Made by a program: the position numbers and the translations under genes. From Chiloscyllium plagiosum (lineage: Eukaryota), in NCBI RefSeq assembly GCF_004010195.1, contig NC_057752.1, forward strand, positions 9,247,323-9,311,322: DNA of 64,000 bases, read 5' to 3'. This document shows positions 11,787 to 24,569 of this stretch, in pieces. Numbering within the stretch: position 1 is the stretch's first letter; every line of letters starts with the position of its first letter. Under the pieces are notes generated by a model, which was given only the letters and a program-made list of their open reading frames with translations, had not been told where the DNA came from and did not search any database.

Positions 11787-12269
11787 AACACTGAAAATCT
11801 TCCCCCGACCCTGAGGAAAGGGACATTGAGCATCTTGAAAAAGAAGTGGGAAATTCCAGAAAGTTCCACAGCACAACCAGTGCCTCCAAAGTCGCCTGTC
11901 AGAATTAATCGTGCAGATTCCCGGGCTCAGATTGCTGCTGTCAGCCCAAAAGCAGACTCCAGCTTTGTGCCTCTAAGTGAGTCGGATCAGAATTTGGAGA
12001 CTACCACAAGAGTCAAGTCTCCCAGGAGCCCAGGGGTCTTGAGCAGATTTCCTTATCCTGGTACAGAGTGTGAAGGCCAGGCTGAGTTAAAGATGGAAAA
12101 AATGCTTTCTAAGGAGGGGAACGAAGTGGAGAATGGAACAGCACAAGATTTGACAATCTCCCCTAAAATTGAGAAGTTTAATGTCCCACTGAACAGCTTG
12201 AAAATGATGTTTGAGAAGGGGGATGCACATATTCCGCTTAAGCACAGACACCATGAAATCCCAGCAAAG
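11787..12269 (+). CDS. LIMA1: LIMA1 coding exon 3 (483 nt), contains probable EPLIN-alpha start ATG at 12093
   Basis: ttgcAG acceptor; [22 protein letters not shown]...[19 protein letters not shown] matches EPLIN NTENL..FRKGTLTVLKKKWE and [19 protein letters not shown]; donor GTAAGT at 12270. Confidence 0.95.
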
Positions 12270-13606
12270 GTAAGTGTTTCCCCCAAGTCATTTGTTTCAA
12301 TACAGGCTTCCTTTAGGCTTAGTTGATTTTACTCTGAGCTTAAGTTTGATGTCTTAGAGTAAACTAATTGCATGGGGAACTTGTGGCTCAGAATTTAGAA
12401 TTTTGTTTTCAGTGTTTTAATTTTTAAATTTTGAAGGACTTTTTCAAGTGAACAGCTATATCATTTGATGCTTTTCTTTTTTTCAAGAACTAAAGAAGAG
12501 CCTTGCACAGCGAGTCTAGACTGCTTTGTTTTGTTTAAAACAGCACAACATCACATTGCCTGGAAGTGCTCACTTAAAATCTGAGCATCAGAAATCTGGT
12601 ACAAGATAATTTTGCTTGAGCAAAACACCAGAAATACACGCTACTGGAGTACCAGGATAAATCCTCTGCCATGTTAGTTGAATTGGTGTACAATTGATAT
12701 TGTTTATAGGCAGGGACAATGAAGATAATCCAGAATGTGCTAGTTGAGAGTGGATCTGTATAAATGCAGGGTGAAGAGAGATTGAGCTCCTTTGGTGATT
12801 CTCTCCCCCATGGTGCACTGGTGCCTGCAGGACAGAAATAGCAGAATGAACTGGCACCTTATTTAGATTCCTTTTCTAAAGTTTTCTGGATTGCGGGTTT
12901 AAGCAGAAGCTGTCCCTTTTTGCATTTGCCCTCGCTTTCTCATACATGTGCTCTCCCATCTCCTTTCCTCAGTCATGTTCTTGATAGGTGATATTGCTCC
13001 TATGTATTTGGAGTCATTTTCCCTCCCTCAACTACAACCCAGCTGAAATTCACTGAATTGACATCAACTGAAAATTACAACTTTCTGTTCTTCAAAGCAT
13101 GATTTAATTTTTCAAGCTAATTGTCATTTTTACTCTAATGCTGAGTTTTGTTAGCTGTGTGAAAGAAAATGAAGACTGGTACTTGTATAATGCCCCAGAG
13201 TGCTCTGCTACCAATTGAATACTTTTGAGAAGTGTATTCACTGTTGTAATGTATAAAATTTTAAATTTCCATTGCCACTAAATAGTAGCTGACTTTGGTG
13301 ACCTAACTTTTGGATTTAGCTACCACTTACTATTTTAGCTACCATTTAAGATTTATCTAACGTGTCCATTTCCACCTCCAGCCCATGAAATTAATTAATA
13401 AATGAATGTGAAATATAGGCACAAATGGAGCACGGTTGCTAGACCCTGAGCTGTTTGGATCTGGGGTATTTGAAATGTTGTCTACATATATTTGCAGGCA
13501 ATGTCTTTTTACAAAGTTGCCCATGGGAGGAGCAGGAAACGCAATAAGACTACTTTTTAAAATTCATCTATAGGGTGTGAGCGTCGCTGGCTGGCCAGTA
13601 TTTATT

Positions 13607-13781
13607 AGGTAAAAACAATGACTGCAGATGCTGGAAACCAGATTCTGGATTAGTGGTGCTGGAAAAGCATAGCAGTTCAGGCAGCATCCGAGGAGCAGGA
13701 AAATAGACGTTTTGGGCAAAAGCCCTTCATCAGGAATACAGCGAACTGCTGTGCTTTTCCAGCACCACTCTAATCCAGAAT
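13607..13781 (-). mobile_element. Penelope-derived fold-back element with 16-bp TSD
   Basis: TSD CTGGCCAGTATTTATT at 13591-13606 and 13782-13797; short inverted arm 13743-13785. Confidence 0.85.
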
Positions 13782-14006
13782 CTGGCCAGTATTTATTGTC
13801 TGTCCCTTTTAACAAGTGTATCTGTAGAGTCAGAGTCATAATTTCAGGAGAAGGGGGAGATACTAAACGAGTATTTTGCATCCGTGTTTACTGTGGAGAA
13901 GGACATGGAAGGTACAGAACATGGGGAAATAGATGACCTCTTGAAAACCTCCATATTACAGAGGAGGTGGTGCTGGATGTCTTAAAACACACAGATTAAT
14001 AAATCC

Positions 14007-14647
14007 TGTATGGACCAGGCAAGACCCCCCCTCAAAACATTTCAAGAAAGTAGCCCGGACCCTAACTTTGCTAGTTGTCTTAAGTAGGTGTAACATGGAT
14101 ATTCCAGGAGGGATGTAGCTGGTCAAACCACTTTGTTTTAAACAAAGCCATTTATTTACAAGATTACTGAATGAAACACAAACAAAAGAAAACACAATAC
14201 CGAATGACTTTTCTGAAAACCCAACAGATTATCCGAAATTAATGATGCTGTTCCCAATACTTGCAACAATTCCCATAAACACCCCTTGGCACAAAAGGTA
14301 AAATCAAACCTAGGGTCTTGCAGGAGATAAGTCAGAGAGATATCCAGCATGGACCTGCTTCATTTGGTCCAGCAGCTTCTACAACACTACTGCTAAAAAC
14401 CAAACCAAACTAGGGAACTGCTGAGCTGGGAGAACTGGCTACTCTCCTATCCTTATACAAGTTTTTTTTTCAAAATTCTGAAAGCCTGTTGCCTGAGACA
14501 GTATGTGTTAGCTAAAACCTTTCAACTTTAGAATTTTTGGCATTTCTGTCTTTTACAACTCTTTTTCCTCTCTTTCTCCCCTCATCTCTTTTCTTTCTCC
14601 CCCCCCCCCCCCCCCCCAGGAAAAAAAACATGAGCAGCTTCATCACA
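14007..14647. mobile_element. Solo LTR (641 bp) inserted in CR1
   Basis: TGT...ACA termini and 4-bp TSD ATCC (14003-14006 and 14648-14651); removing it restores CR1 aaatccccaggac. Confidence 0.85.
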
Positions 14648-14957
14648 ATCCCCAGGACTTGATCAGATATACCCTAGAACTCTGTGGGAAGCTAAGGAAG
14701 TGATTGCTGAGCCTTTTGCTGAGATAGTCACAGGTGAGATGCTGGAAGACTGGAGGTTGGCAAACGTGGTGCCACTATTTAAGAAGGGTGGTAAGGACAA
14801 GCCAGGGAACTATAGACTGGTGAGCCTGACTTTGGTGGTGGGCAAGTTGTTGGAGGGAATCCTGAGGGACAGGATGTACGTGTATTTGGAAAGGCAAGGA
14901 CTGATTAGGGATAGTCAACATGGCTTTGTGTGGGAAATCATATCTCTCTAACTTGAA

Positions 14958-15393
14958 CATAGAACTTAACAGCACAGTACAGGCCCTTCAGCCCTCGCTG
15001 TTGCACCGACCTGTGATATTAATTTGATGCCCATCTAACCTACGCCATTCCATTATTATCCATATGTATGTCCAATGCCCATTTAAATGCCCTTAATGTC
15101 AGCGAGTCTACTACTATTGCAGGCAGCCTGTTCCATGCCCCTACTATTCTCTGAGTAAAGAAACTATCCCGGATAGCTATCCTAAATGAATCACCCCTCA
15201 ATTTAAAGCTATGTACCCTCGTTTTAGCCTTTTCCATCTGAGGAAAAAGGCTCTCACTGTCCACCTTATATGATAATCAGAGGATTATAGATACTTCTCA
15301 ATTAAGTCACCTCGCAACCTTCTCTCCAATGAAAACAGCCTCAGTTCCCACAGTCTTTCCTTGTAAGACCTTCTTCCATATCAGGCAACATCC
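14958..15393 (-). mobile_element. 3' fragment of a second CR1 subfamily nested antisense
   Basis: Minus ORF ...FFTQRIVGAWNRLP...; tail related to 23750-23800; flanked by CTTGA. Confidence 0.8.
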
Positions 15394-16984
15394 TTGATTG
15401 AGTTTTCTTTTGAAGAAGTAACGAAGATGATTGAGGGCAGAGTGGTGGATGTGATCTGTCTGGACTTCAGTAAGGCATTCGACAAGGTTCCCTATGGGAG
15501 ACTGGTTAGCAAGGTTAGATCTCCTGGAATACAGGGAGAACTAGCCATTTGGTTACAGAATTGGCTTGAAGGTAGAAGGGTGGTGATGGTGGTTTGGTTT
15601 TTAGCAGTAGTGTTGTAGAAGCTGCTGGACCAAATGAAGCAGGTCCATGCTGGATATCTCTCTGACTTATCTCCTGCAAGACCCTAGGTTTGATTTTACC
15701 TTTTGTGCCAAGGCCTGTTACCAGTGGTGTGCCTCAAGGGTCAGTGCTGGGTCCACTATTTTAGTCATTTATATAAATGATTTGGATGTGAATATAGGAC
15801 TTATAGTATGTTTGCAGATGACATCAAAATTGGAGGTGTCGTGTACAGCGAAGAAGGTTATCTCAGTACAGTGGGATCTTGATCAAATGGGCCAATGGGC
15901 TCGAGTGGCAGTTGGAATTTAATTTAGATAAATGTGAGGTGCTGCATTTTGGAAAGGCAAATCAGGGCAGGACTTGTACATCTTAATGGTAAGGTCCTGG
16001 GGAGTGTAGCTGAACAAAAAGACCTTGGAATGCAGGTTCATAGCTCCTTGAAAGTGGAGTCGCAGGTAGGTAGGATAATGAAGGAGTTTGGTATGCTTTC
16101 CTTTATTGGTCAGTGCATCGAAGTCAGGTGTTGGGAGGTCATGCTGCGGCTGTACAGGACATTGGTTAGGGCACTTTTGGAATATTGTGTGCAATTCTGG
16201 TCTCCCTTGTATAGGCAGGATGTTGTGAAATGTGAAAGGGTTCAGAAATGATTTCAAAGAATGTTGCCAGGGTTGGAGGTTTTGAACTATCGGGAGGCTG
16301 AATAGGCTGGTGTTATTTTACTTGGAGCATTGGAGGCTGAGCGGTGACCTTATAGAGGTTTATAAAATCATGAGGGGCATGGATAGGGTTAATAGACAAG
16401 GCCTTTTCCCTGGGGTGGGGGAGTCCAGTAGTAGGGGGCATAGGGTTAGGGTGAGAGGGGAAAGGGACCCAAGGGGGAACTTTTTCACGCAGAGGGTGAT
16501 GAGTGTATGGAATGAACTGCCAGAGGAAGTAGTGGAGACTGGTACAGTCACAACACTTAAAAGGCATCTGGATGGGTATATGAATAGGAAGGGTTCAGAG
16601 GGGTATAGGCCAAGTGCTGGAAAATGGGACTAGATTAGGTTGGGATATCTGGTTGGCATGGGCGAGTTGGACTGAAGGGTCTGCTTCCATGCTGTCCATC
16701 TTTACTTGGATACAGTAAGTAAGAACTAATGAAAAATAAGATTGGCACTAAGTGGATTTAGTTTACCATTTTAAAGTGACAACTTGAGGTTGGATTTTGG
16801 AATATTTTCCATTTGTTACTCTATACTTTTAAAAGTATAATGCTGTTTTGCAGTTCAGGAAAAGCTCTCCAGTCTCAATCTCTGAATTTTTGAAAAGATC
16901 AGAACAGCAACAGACTGCACTGGTTAACTTCTCTGGGCGTGGTGAAACCCTTGTTTTGTTCTCTCATTTCTTTCACCAAATACC

Positions 16985-17420
16985 GCTCTTCGGTCCAACT
17001 CCTCCATGTTGACGAGGTTGCCTAAACTGAACTAGTCCTGTTTGCCTGCATTTGGCCCATATCTCTCTAAATGTTTCCTATCTATGTAGTTGTCCAAATG
17101 TGTTTTAAATGTTGCAATTGCGCATGCCTCTACCACTTCCTCTGGCAGCTCATTCTATACATGCACTGCCTTCCTGTGTGAAGAAGTTACCCCTCAGATC
17201 CCTTTTTAAATATTTCCCCTCTCCTTAAACCTATGCCCTCTAATCCCCTACCCTGGGGAAAAGACCTTGGCTATTCACCTTATCTATGCCCCTTGTGACT
17301 TTATAAACCACTGTAAGGTCACCTCCCAGCCTCCCAATGTTCTCGAGGAAAAAAGTCCCAGCCTCTCCTTATAATCAAACCTGGTCTCAGTCGCGTTAAA
17401 TCTTTTTTGCATCCTTCCTA
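16985..17420 (-). mobile_element. CR1 3' fragment
   Basis: cctctaccacttcctctggcagctcattc and other segments shared with the other CR1 copies. Confidence 0.8.
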
Positions 17421-18241
17421 TATAATCGTAGAGAGACCCATTCTCTGCAAACAAAGGAAATATGCTGACCGTGAAAGCCATCAGCGATTTATAGCAACAA
17501 CCCATCTGGTTCAATAGCGTCCTTCATCATTGATTTGTTGGTTTTTTTCAACTCTTGCCTGATTTGGCCTACGTGTGATCTAGACCTGTAGTCATGGGGC
17601 TGACTCTTAAAAGCCCATCTGACATACCTGAGCAAGACTTGCCAATCAAGGAGGCAATCCGGGATGAGCAACTGTTTATCTGTGAATGAAGCGAAGGCAG
17701 ACAGCGTCGGGAGCTTCTTTTTCTCTATCTCGGAACTGTATGGAGCAACTGACAGCCACAGCATCTTTGTCCTCTCATTTCTCTCACCAAATAATAGAGA
17801 TATGCAGCACAGAACAGGCCCTTTGGCCCAACTTGTCCATGCTGACCAAGTTTCCTAAACTAAACTAGTTCCATTTGGCCCATTTCCCTTTAAACCTAAG
17901 ATGAACATGGGCATCAGACCTGGTCTTTTGAGCTAACTAATCTGAGAACCATATGTATTAGGAATTGAAGGATAATGACATCAATTTATCAGATTGCACA
18001 AAGGAGAGGACACACACAAGTCAGCAAACAAAATGCACAGAACAGCTGTTCTTGGCTTGCTTCTGGGTCCACACATTCAGAAGTGAGCTGCTAATCGGAG
18101 GCGAGACACTTATCTACACAATACAAGTTTGTGGGACCTTGCTTTGCCCAAATCGGTTGGTGCATTTCTTATGATAAAACCTTCACTACATTTCAAAATG
18201 TATTTAATTAGGTATAAGCACTTCTGGGTGTCCTGGGATCA

Positions 18242-18436
18242 TGTATAATTTCAGTTACATCACACTGTAAATCTTTGCTATAAATTGTTAGGATTGAGCC
18301 CTCCACTATCACCTGATGAAGGTGCGTCGCTCTGAAAGCTAGTGTGCTTCCAATTAAACCTGTTGAACTATAACCTGGTGTTGTGTGATTTTTAACTTTG
18401 CACACCCCAGTCCAACACCGGCATCTCCAAATCATG
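18242..18436 (+). mobile_element. Penelope-like 3' terminal fragment with hammerhead core
   Basis: Matches 39968-40167; CAC-CTGATGA-a-GGTGCgtcGCTCT-GAAAGCTA-GTG at 18310-18344. Confidence 0.8.
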
Positions 18437-18944
18437 CTTTTAAATACAAGTGTTTATTGTTTGATCACTCAACCTCTCTTCCCTCACTTTGAGACTTGCC
18501 TTGGACTGCTTTGCCAAGCTATTTCGCATGTTAGCCTGTAGGCAAATCATCTGCATGTCCCCTGATCTACAGAAACAATATTTCCTTAAGAGACTTGGAA
18601 GCAAAACTAATCTCTGACATTGAAACTAAAGATGTGAAAGAGTGTAAATCTCCAACTGATCTGAGTGGTGAACCACATTGAAACATACTGAAAGGAGAAA
18701 GTGTTTTTTTTTTTGAAAAGTCAAATGATTCACATGATAGATGCTGTCATATAATGAAACACTGGGCTCTTTCAATCCATTCATCTCAAACACATGATTT
18801 GCCTTTGCATGTTTATTCCTTTCTTATTCCTCTTTCTACTTGCTCATTTTTTAAAATATATATAACTTTGTTCTTCTGGATAGAGCAACAGCAACCTTTC
18901 CAAACTTTTCAGTGGAACTGGGTTTGTACCTTTTATCTTTTAGG

Positions 18945-21210
18945 AACATAACAATAGGAGTAGGCCATTCAGTCCATTTGAGCCTCTTATCTCATTCAAT
19001 GAGATCATGGCCCAACTCTATACACCTGCCTTTGGTGCATATCCCTTAGATACATTTTTGTTAAGCAGAAGTATTATCTCTGATTTAAAATTAATGACGT
19101 AGCATCCACTGCCATTTGTAGAAGAGTTCCAAACATCCTACCCTTTTATGTGTAGAAGTGTTTTCTAACCTCTGTCCTGAATGGTCTGGCTCTTATTCTC
19201 AGACTATGCCCTATCGTTCTAGAATCCCAACCAGTGGAAAGAGTTTCTCTTTATCTGCCCTATCTTTTCCTATTAATATCTTGAAGACTTTGATCAGATC
19301 ACCCCATAATATTCTAAATTCTAGAGAAAACTGGTCTCATAACTTAAGCTGTGAAGTCCACCTATGTTGTACTCTCTCCAAGTCCACTATATCTTTCCTG
19401 AGATATGGTGCCCAGATTTCCTCTCAGTACTTCAAGTGGGTTTAAATGGGGTTCTGGAGAGCTGCAGCATAGATATGAAGGCCAGCTGTCCATTAGCTGC
19501 CTTGATTATTTTCTGCACTTGTTTGTGACCTTTTAAAGATCCGGGCACCTGAACCCCCAAATCTATTTGGCCATCCACTGTATTTAACTTCATTTCATCT
19601 AGAAAGTATCCTAATCTGTCCCTTTTTTTGTTTTGGCCAAAAAGGTATAACCTCTCACTTACATCGAACTCCATGTGCTGTAGTTTTGTCCATTTACCTC
19701 ATCAATGAGCATCCCTTTGTAATTTTATGCCATCGTCTACAGTATACAATGCTGCCTAATTTTGTCCTCCATAAACATGGATATATGACTTTTTATGCTG
19801 TTATCCAAGTCGTTAACACAAATTGGGAGAGACCGTTCATAGAGCAAGGTGGTGGCTACACCTTTTTCTGAAAAGGCAAGGCTGAAGAAGAGAGCTGATT
19901 CCGTGGAGTCTGCTTTGCCATTAAAAACCAACTGTTGGACCAACTCAAAGATGACTCCTGTGGAATAAGCCAGTGCCTCATGATACTGACTCCCTCTGAC
20001 CCTTTGGAAACTATCAGGTCCTGGGGATTTGTCACTCTCTTTAGTTCCAATAGTTTCCTTTGTTATCAATGTTTCACTTCCATTTAATTTTATTCTGTCC
20101 CTGTCCCTGATCCACTATTAATTTCTGCAGAACTTCTGCTAACCTATCCTCATCTTTGTACTGTAAACACCTGAAGTGAAGAAATTATTCAATACAGTGG
20201 CTCAGTGGTTAGTGCTGTTGCTTCACATTGCCAGGGTCCCAGTTTCAATTCCAGCCTCTGGCGACTGTCTGTGTGGAGTTTGCACATCCTCCTCATGTCT
20301 GCATGGGTTTCCTCCCACAGTCCAAAGATGTGCAGGCCAAGTGAATGGGCTATGCTAAATTGCCCATAGTGTTAGGTGCATTAGTCCGAGGGAAATGGGT
20401 CTGGCTGGGTTACTCTTTGGAGGGTCAGTGTGGACTCGTTGGGCCGAAAGGGCCTGTTTCCACACTGTAGGGAATCTAATCTAATCTAATTACCATTTTC
20501 AATATCTCCACTTTCAGTCCTTCATAGGCCAACTTGACTTCTAACTCCCTACTTTCCCTTTTATGTCACTATGAAATTTGTTCTCATTGATTTTGATATC
20601 CTTTGCAAATTTCCTTTCATAATCACTTTTCATTTGTGCATATGAGCTGCTTAGTGGCCCTTTGGTCGTTGTATTTTTCCCATTTGGCAGAATATGTGCT
20701 GGTTTTGTCCCCATGTTTTGTAAGACTGTGTTTTGTTTTGTTTTTGCTGTGAAGTAGAGCTTTTCCCTGTCAGATATAAACTGGTTCTGTATTGCTTTGA
20801 ATGTTTCTCTAAGACATCCTCTATTGTTCTTCAGTTGTTTTACCCATTTTACTGTGGACAGTCTCTGTCTGAACTCATTAAAGTCAGGCTTGCCTTCATC
20901 TAAAATTCTAGTAACTAATTCCTGCTTTTTGCTTTCAAACACTGTTGAACTCACATGTTATGATCACTATTTGATAAATGTTCATGCAAATTAACTTACT
21001 AATTAAATCCAGCTCATTACTCATTAATTCCAATGTTGCTTGTCTGTTGTTGCATCCATGACATAACTATAGGAAACTATCCTGGATGTACTCCAGAAAT
21101 TCACTAGCTTTCTAACAGGTGGTGGTCTGCCTCTCCCAATCCATAAAGTTAAAATCCCCCATTAAAACTCTTCTGCATTTTTAATATGTTATTCCACTTG
21201 GTGACAATAT
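18945..21210 (-). mobile_element. Old CR1-type LINE, degraded, interrupted by a SINE
   Basis: Minus-strand remnants DLGVQVPGSLK, KSPGPD and endonuclease-region residues. Confidence 0.65.
20192..20490 (+). mobile_element. HE1/V-type SINE
   Basis: A/B boxes, V core, (aatct)n tail. Confidence 0.85.
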
Positions 21211-23474
21211 GACTATCATGTGTTCTTCCTTTGTAAGTGGTACCCAGCTGATTATGAAGGTCACCTAGATGCCTTGGATAAATCGGGGTATTGAATTTCT
21301 CCATTTGTGATAATTTAATGCTTTTTCCTGGAATGAATGAAAGTGGCATTCTTAATTTCTTTTTTTACCCCAACTTTGTGCAGACTGCAAAAATACTAGT
21401 TCAGCTGAGAGGCAACCATTCTGATCTGACACCCAAAATTGTTGGTTACTTGAAGCATAAGCAAATTCCCACAACTTATTTGGTTAATGTGCCATTTGTG
21501 ATATTCAGACCAAAGGTTTCAAGTTCAGATCTTTGCTTTCTTTTTATTAATTGATCTCCACAGGGTGATACAGTAGCAAGTAGTGAGGTTAGATCGGCCA
21601 TGGTTCTCCGTCCTGACTGGGCAGGAATGACTTCTGATCGAAGGCATGTGTACACAACAATTGAGAGAGCATTAGATGTTATGATGTCCTTGGCAGTTAA
21701 TAACTGGGGATCTTGCCCAATTGTTTTCATCCTATTTCCTCAAAATGAGGAGGATGTATGCCAGGCTTCATGATCTTGTCTGACCTTGGCTGACTCAGTA
21801 GACCAATCTTGGAGCTACAGATCTTTTGGGCAGAGCAGACAAGAGTTGCCCTGATAATGCAGTGCTCTTGAGACATGATCTGGGCGCTCTCCTTCCAATG
21901 TGACCCCTGGTCCTGGACAATCCAAGGATACAGGGTAAAACATTTAGGACTGAAATGAAATATTTCTTCACCCAGAGAGTAGTGAGCCAGTGGAATTCAC
22001 TACCACAAAGCAGTTGAGGCCAGAACATTGTATGATTTCAAGAAGTTGGATGAACCACCTTGGGGCTAAAGGAATCGAAGGATATGGGGAAAAGCAGGAA
22101 TAGGGTCCGGAGTTGGATAATCAGCTGTGATTGTATTGAATGGCAGAGGCCTGACAGGCCAAATGACCTCATCCTGCTCCTATTTTCTGTCGTTGTGATT
22201 TTGGCATTGCTCCACAGTAGTTTTAGCAGTCAGTTTCCAATGAGGTTGCAGCTTGTTAGATGCTGTGACATGATAGTTTGTTTGGCAAGATCCTCCCATG
22301 CATTTGTTAACTTATTTCCTCTACAGTGATACCTTTTCTGCGCTTGATTGTGTTTTTCTTAAATTGTGAAAAGGGGATCTGCTTTGGAACTAATTTGGCT
22401 TGTGGATGCAATGTCCAAATCTGGGGAGCTGATTTTGCATGGTCATGTTTATCATGGAGGAGGAATCCACAGTCCCAACAAAACTGGAAGAAGTATTTTT
22501 ATATGACCAAGATGATTAAATAAAGAGAAAATACTGCAGATGCTGCAAATCTCAAACAAACAGAATTTTGCCTATTCTTTTTCTTGCCAGGTCCTCTGTC
22601 CTATTACTGTGTTCTCTTGTGTCATTCTGGGTGGCACAGTGGCTCAGTGATTAGCATTGCTGCCTCAGAATGCCAGGGACTTGGGTTTGATTCACCTTTG
22701 GGTGACTGTATGCAAACTCCACAAAACTTCTTCGTGTTAGTGTGGGATTCCCCCCACAGTTCAAAGATTTGTAGGCTCGGTTATATTAGCCGTAGTGAGT
22801 GACTAATAGTGAGGGACTTGAATTAACCTCCATTTAGACTGAGGTAGTCATACTGCAAAGAGTAGCAGGGAGAAGAGCTTGTGAAGTGTATTAACAAACA
22901 TGTTGCTCAGTATGCTTCAAGCATGATGAGGATGGAAATGATGCTGTTTAGAGGAATGAAGTGGGTCAGTGGGATCAAACTTCGGTACTGTGATCATAGT
23001 ATCGTAAAGGTTAGCTTATTTATAGAAATGAACAAGGAACCATCGAGGAGAGAAGTTCGTAATTGAAGGAGAGCCTTTTTCTGAGGAGTGAGATCAGATC
23101 GGCCCTGAGTAAATTAGGATTAAAAAACTTGGCAGGCAAAACTGAAAAAGAACAACAATGGACTACTTCTAGTGAGGCATTAGCTCGAATAAATCAATAT
23201 ATAGAGTGAGAGAGAAAGCAGAAATATGGCAGAGGCTAGATTGACTGGTAAGAACCAGCATAAATATACATAGCTAACAGGGGAAGGGAACAAGGAAATA
23301 TGAGGTAAAAAGTGAATGAGAATTGCATTGAACATAAAATGGAATCCAATTTTGTCTATGGACATACAAATAAGAATAATATAACAATATAAAAGTTGGT
23401 TAAAATATTGGATGAGCTAAAAAGTGATAAACATCTCAAAAAGGCTGACTATTTCAATTGAATAAAATAAACAG

Positions 23475-24172
23475 TGCAAGGCATTTTACAATTGTATAAG
23501 ACTCTGGTGCGGCCGCATCTGGAGTATTGTGTGCAGTTTTGGTCGCCATACTATAGAAAGGATGTGGAGGCACTGGAACGGGTGCAGAGGAGGTTTACCA
23601 GGATGTTGCCTGATATTGTAGAAAGATCGTATGAGGAAAGGCTGAGGCACGTGGGGTTGTTTTCATTGGAGAAAAGAAGGTTTACGGGTGACTTGATTGA
23701 GGTGTACAAGATGATTAGGGGGTGAGATAGGGTTGACAGTGTGAACGGCGCAACATCGAGGGCCGAAGGGCCTGTACTGCGCTGTATTCTTCTATGTTCT
23801 ATGTAATATAAAGGGGCATAGATAGAGTAAATAGACCAGGTCTTTTCCCTGGTTTGGGGGAGTCCAGAAGTAGAGGGCAGGGCATAGGTTTACAGTGAGA
23901 GGGGAAAGGTATAAAAGGGATCTAAGGGGCAACTTTTTCATGCAGAGGGTTGTGTATGTAGGAATGAGCTGCCATAGGAAGTAATGGAGGCTGGTACAAT
24001 TACAACATTTAAAAGGCATCTGGATGGGTATATGAATAGGAAGGGTTTAGAGGGATATGGGCTAACTGCTGGCAAATGGGACTAGATCAGGTTTGGATAT
24101 CTGCTCGGATTGGACGAGTTGGATCGAAGGATTTGTTTCCGTGCTGTACATCTCTATAATTCTATGATTCTA
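23475..24172 (+). mobile_element. Two adjacent CR1 3' fragments
   Basis: LYKTLVRPHLEYCVQFWSPYYRKDVEALERVQRRFTRMLP, followed by a second 3' end ending ctatgattctatga. Confidence 0.85.
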
Positions 24173-24569
24173 TGAACACTGCCGAAACTCAGCAGGTCTA
24201 GCAGCATCTGTGGACAGAGAAACAAAGTTAATGTTTTGAGTTTGGTATGACTCTTCAGAACTGAAAGGTGATGGAAATAGGTTACTTTTCATAATTTACA
24301 CAGAGATGCAAGAGGGCAGGTGGGATAGAGGCCTGGTGTAAAAGACATAGAGGTCCATAGTGGAGAAAGGAAATCAAGATGTTAAAAAAAGTGTCAAATT
24401 AAGCTGTGAATGGGAGAAAGAGTCCTTGCTAAGTGCAAAGTAAAGCAGTCTTTGTGTGTGTGTCTGTGTGTGTGTCTCTCCATCTGCCGTGCTGTCATAC
24501 ATGCGCGCACACACACCCCACATACCCCCCAGAATCGTTGGCACCACCAGTTTCCCTGTTTCATCACTG

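Larger units (their letters stand above)
13850..16701 (+). mobile_element. CR1-type LINE ORF2 (RT) remnant with nested inserts
   Basis: [44 protein letters not shown]; frameshifted; 3' tail at 16620-16700. Confidence 0.92.

Noticed and set aside
13850..16701. Active autonomous LINE
   Set aside because: Frameshifts, stops and three insertions. No intact RT ORF exists anywhere in the window.
16854..16922. Possible extra 69-nt in-frame LIMA1 exon (FRKSSPVSISEF...)
   Set aside because: Good acceptor but poor donor (GTTAAC), no recognisable homology, and not needed for phase.
18573..18681. Exon-like purine-rich stretch
   Set aside because: In-frame stop and no convincing donor.
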